Under the pieces are notes generated by a model. The model was given only the letters and a program-made list of their open reading frames with translations. It was not told the DNA's origin and did not search any database. From Armatimonadota bacterium (GTDB taxonomy: Bacteria; Armatimonadota; Fimbriimonadia; Fimbriimonadales; GBS-DC), in contig JAUQOS010000002.1 of NCBI GenBank assembly GCA_030550775.1, positions 4,808-68,807 on the forward strand: a stretch of DNA of 64,000 bases. The letters run 5' to 3'. The translations under genes and the position numbers were made by a program. This document shows positions 63,320 to 64,000 of the stretch, one piece after another; positions within the stretch are counted from its first letter, which is position 1; every line of letters starts with the position of its first letter.

Positions 63320-64000
63320 CTACTCCGTCGTACGCAAAATCAGCAAGTTCATCGGTTCACCGATAGCGAAGTGATATGACACGCTGCCCAGCGACAGCCG
63401 TTCCAACAGCGAGTGTCCCTTTGCGCCCAAGATGAGCAGCTGTGCTTGTGCTTCTTGCATCGCTGCGCGAATAGCGGGGATGGGCAATCCTTCAATCACC
63501 ATCGACTCGCACGAGGCGTTCAAGGGGCGCAGCCGCTCGCACACCTGGCGGTTGCGTTCGTGCAGCTGTTCGATAATCCACTCCACGCCCGATTGCTGTA
63601 CGGCAGGCGCATTTCGCGTAAGCAACTGTAACATTTCCTCGTCGAGGCTGAACGCGGTGGCAATTGCGATGCGCTGAATACCACGTGGGGCAAACTGGAG
63701 AAGCAACTCGATGCAGCGATAGTTGTATTCGGAGTGGTCGGTGGCGAGCACCGCGTGCAGGGGCTGGGATTCGGGGGGTGGGGTGTAGGCAAGGAGAATA
63801 CTTTGGCGGGCGGCGCTCAGCGCAGCGCGTGCCACGCTGCCGCTGAGGAATGCCTGAAATGCCCCCTTGCGTGTGCCGCCGATGGCAATCAAGTCTGCCT
63901 CGCGCGCGTCGGCAAGTTCTAACAGCTTCGTGCTGGGTGTGCCGTGCAACAGCGCCGTTTCCACAGCGAACCCTCGCGCCGTAAGTTGCTGGTGGAGCGT
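63320..64000 (-). CDS. Universal stress protein (tandem Usp domains), 5'-truncated by the window edge
   Basis: The reading frame stays open to position 64000. ..G.P...LLELA.E..ADLIAIG..RKG and ..AQLLILGAKGHS..ERL.LGSVS are UspA motifs. Confidence 0.75.
   Translation of the reverse strand, partial: TLHQQLTARGFAVETALLHGTPSTKLLELADAREADLIAIGGTRKGAFQAFLSGSVARAALSAARQSILLAYTPPPESQPLHAVLATDHSEYNYRCIELLLQFAPRGIQRIAIATAFSLDEEMLQLLTRNAPAVQQSGVEWIIEQLHERNRQVCERLRPLNASCESMVIEGLPIPAIRAAMQEAQAQLLILGAKGHSLLERLSLGSVSYHFAIGEPMNLLILRTTE

Overview
GC-rich, gene-dense bacterial chromosomal window. I call about 55 protein genes and recognise no rRNA, tRNA, CRISPR array, transposase or prophage. Most genes are scattered housekeeping functions: hisA, a nuoH-J-K fragment, tkt, an orphan pntAB, lnt with an ABC-2 exporter, aspA, nagA, rpsA, coaE, pdaD, a thiS-thiO-nadE-glutaminase string, a lone nuoM, split yeeE/yedE, phoD, cca, trpD, glnD, metK and thiD. 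DUF1559-type pseudopilins, outer-membrane beta-barrels and an LptD-like protein point to a diderm from a poorly studied lineage; I cannot name the taxon. The standout is a 15.7 kb, six-gene, same-strand envelope operon (20767-36511). All six products carry signal peptides. Three of them (a 1832-aa PD40/CarboxypepD_reg giant, an S8 subtilase and an 897-aa unknown) end in the same ~430-aa C-terminal module, finishing in a FlgD-Ig/T9SS-CTD-like domain with the terminus V-x-T-R. These are interleaved with two CsgG/TolB-N-like membrane-anchored proteins and followed by a Big_1 + LptD-like outer-membrane barrel. I read this as a candidate undescribed cargo-tag, protease and barrel surface-sorting system. 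Other observations: a REP/BIME-like hairpin repeat family in three clusters showing compensatory substitutions; a ~72-nt composite copy in inverted orientation on both sides of metK; eight genes whose start codon lies 7-10 nt after a -10-like hexamer with no Shine-Dalgarno (probable leaderless mRNAs); a perfect TTGACA-17-TATAAT promoter driving a Cys-rich secreted orphan; and a hairpin-rich 253-bp spacer splitting nadE from its putative glutaminase partner. The many long antisense ORFs in the track are treated as high-GC artefacts.
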